From Heteronotia binoei (taxonomy: Eukaryota), in assembly GCF_032191835.1 (NCBI RefSeq), contig NC_083223.1, positions 191,828,001 through 191,892,000 on the forward strand: 64,000 nt of DNA, read 5' to 3'. The position numbers were made by a program, and so were the translations under genes. Shown in pieces: positions 62,271 to 64,000 of the stretch. Under the pieces are notes generated by a model. It worked only from the letters and a program-made list of their open reading frames with translations, searched no databases and was not told where the DNA came from. Numbering within the stretch: position 1 is the first letter of the stretch; the number at the start of each line of letters is the position of its first letter.

Positions 62271-63595
62271 TGTTAAGAAAACTGCCCTAAAGATAGGATT
62301 TGGGAGAATTTAGAGTGGAGGGCAATCTGCCTTTTAGCGAGATCAAAAACCTACTTATACAGAAGGTGTCTGCTTTGGAACTTACCCAATAACAAGACAA
62401 TATAATATAATATTAAAAAAAGTTTATTATTAAATAAAGACAAACATACAAGAGTATAAAGTCACACAACACACATACAGTCCTAATAAAAATAAGATAG
62501 AAATAGACAGGGGTAAACACAAGGATTGACAAACAGGGTGATAATTACCTATCATAGTCTTCAAGGAAGGCTCCTATGGCAACAAAAAAGGAGATGGGGG
62601 ATGGACCCTCAACTGATCAGGTATCGGGGGCGTATCTAACAGTGGGGTATGTGGTACTGTCAGATGCACACGTGAGGGGAGTTGGGTCAGAGGTTGTAAG
62701 GACTACCTTGAGCCCTTAGAGGGTAGGAGGTGCAGGGGCGGATGACAGGTGGTCAGCTGGTACATGACCTCAGAGAAAGGGGAGGCTCTGTAATGACCAT
62801 AAGGGCTGGACTTGTGCGGTAGCCAATGGGCACCTGATTGGATACCCATACCTGGCCAGTGAGCGGACCTGGTCCTAGTTACCTGATTGGGCTTCCAGGT
62901 AACAATGGGCAGAAAGGGGGAGGCTCCAGGGTGACCATTAGGGCAAAGAATGGGTGAGAGTATTGAGGTGGAAGTGATTAACAAGCTATCAGATTTATAT
63001 AAAGGTGGCAATAGAGAGCCAAATTGTTACCTAAGGTGACACCCAATTTATACAAAGAACTCTGGCTCTAGTTGAAGCTGTTCTTCCTCTTCTTTACATC
63101 TTTACTGGCACCATCCTTTGCCTTGGGTAAGGACAAAAGCTTAGGCAGTCTGGCTGGGTCTACGCTTAAGATAACCTTGATTGCCTTATGCAAAAATAAC
63201 AGCTGACGAGTAAGTGAGCCTCTCACTTCGCTGTCATGGAGTCTGGCACTGCAGGAAGATGGTTGCTGATGGTGTTAGCCTACCAACATGGCTTTCGTGA
63301 TTGAGGCTAAAAACCGCTTGCCCAGCGGCGCAACTTCTTCCACTGCAATGGCCGAGATGGTGCACACACGGAGTGGCTGGAAACCCATCTGTACTTCTGG
63401 CTACCACTCTTCTGGAGATATACAGTGCTGTTGTAACGCTGAGGCTGTTAGTACCCGCATAAGTCTCTTATGGAATGGTAGATAAAACCCACGTCTTACA
63501 GCCGATGTGTGTAAGTTGAACCTCCAGGCACCCTGGCAGCCATACTGGTGATCATGATGTCCATGTGTATGAAAAGTAGGGGGCTTTTTCTTACA
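62271..63595 (-). mobile_element. Endogenous retrovirus 3' LTR (about 1325 bp)
   Basis: Starts TGTAAGAAA, ends TTTCTTAACA (imperfect inverted termini); preceded by a polypurine tract; AATAAA at 62428-62423; CCAAT boxes. Confidence 0.8.
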
Positions 63596-64000
63596 TTCCC
63601 CCCCTTCAAGACTTCCGTCCCCAAATGAGGACGGTGTCTTAACTAATAACACAGTCAATAGCAGGTCTTGACAGGCAGTGTCCTTGTTGGAGAGCCATAC
63701 GTTAATTGGGGTGCCCCTCCTATCTAAACATGGAGCCAGTAAGCTAAACTATTTAAAAATCAAATTACAAAAATTCGATATTCAATATCCAATGGGCCAA
63801 AGGCTACTTCCTCAGAGACTAGGAAAGGGAAACAATTGATCTTAAAACTTAATGCATTTCTTATATGGCATAGGTTAACCTTTCACATTTATCATTTCAT
63901 GGGGTTGGTTCCAGATTATTAAGATAAATCTTAGAAGGATATTGTTAAACTTATCCCCTTAGTTATGAAAACTAACACAACAGAGAAAAACTTATCCAAA
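63596..64000 (-). mobile_element. ERV internal 3' region with polypurine tract GAAGGGGGGGAA (63607-63596); continues off the right edge
   Basis: PPT abuts the LTR TG and resembles the MLV-type PPT; no coding motif recognised in the remaining 400 bp. Confidence 0.65.

Noticed and set aside
63130-63658. Accessory ORF encoded in the ERV U3 region
   Set aside because: The frame similar between the two LTR copies has an upstream stop and no ATG in both, plus an indel; similarity is explained by nucleotide identity alone.
44602-64000. SRD5A2 or another neighbour expected from mammalian synteny
   Set aside because: I found no recognisable exon peptides upstream of XDH; any neighbour probably lies outside the window, though small exons could be missed by eye.

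Overview
Eukaryotic genomic DNA from a squamate reptile (probably a gecko, inferred from the repeat families). The only protein-coding gene I can support is the 5' third of xanthine dehydrogenase (XDH) on the minus strand. It has 11 coding exons from the ATG at 44601 down to 3994, with consistent phases and GT-AG boundaries (955 nt: both 2Fe-2S domains, the linker and the start of the FAD domain). The gene continues off the left end. Notable gene features are a canonical U12-type intron 3, a probable degenerate U12-type intron 2, and a tandemly duplicated Cys-rich linker exon (7a/7b). The rest is dense transposon material: L2- and CR1-clade LINE fragments, several SINE families, many hAT MITEs with 8-bp TSDs, PIF/Harbinger-like elements with 3-bp TSDs, Penelope-like elements, LTRs and a decayed BED-finger hAT transposase. 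The most striking non-coding signal is a young Penelope-like insertion in XDH intron 1. It carries an intact minimal hammerhead ribozyme motif in the XDH-sense orientation, inside a perfect 49-bp inverted repeat. There is a 172-N assembly gap at 52369-52540. Exon, TIR and TSD coordinates were read base by base. Ends of decayed repeats are approximate, and family names come from recalled consensus features, not database searches.
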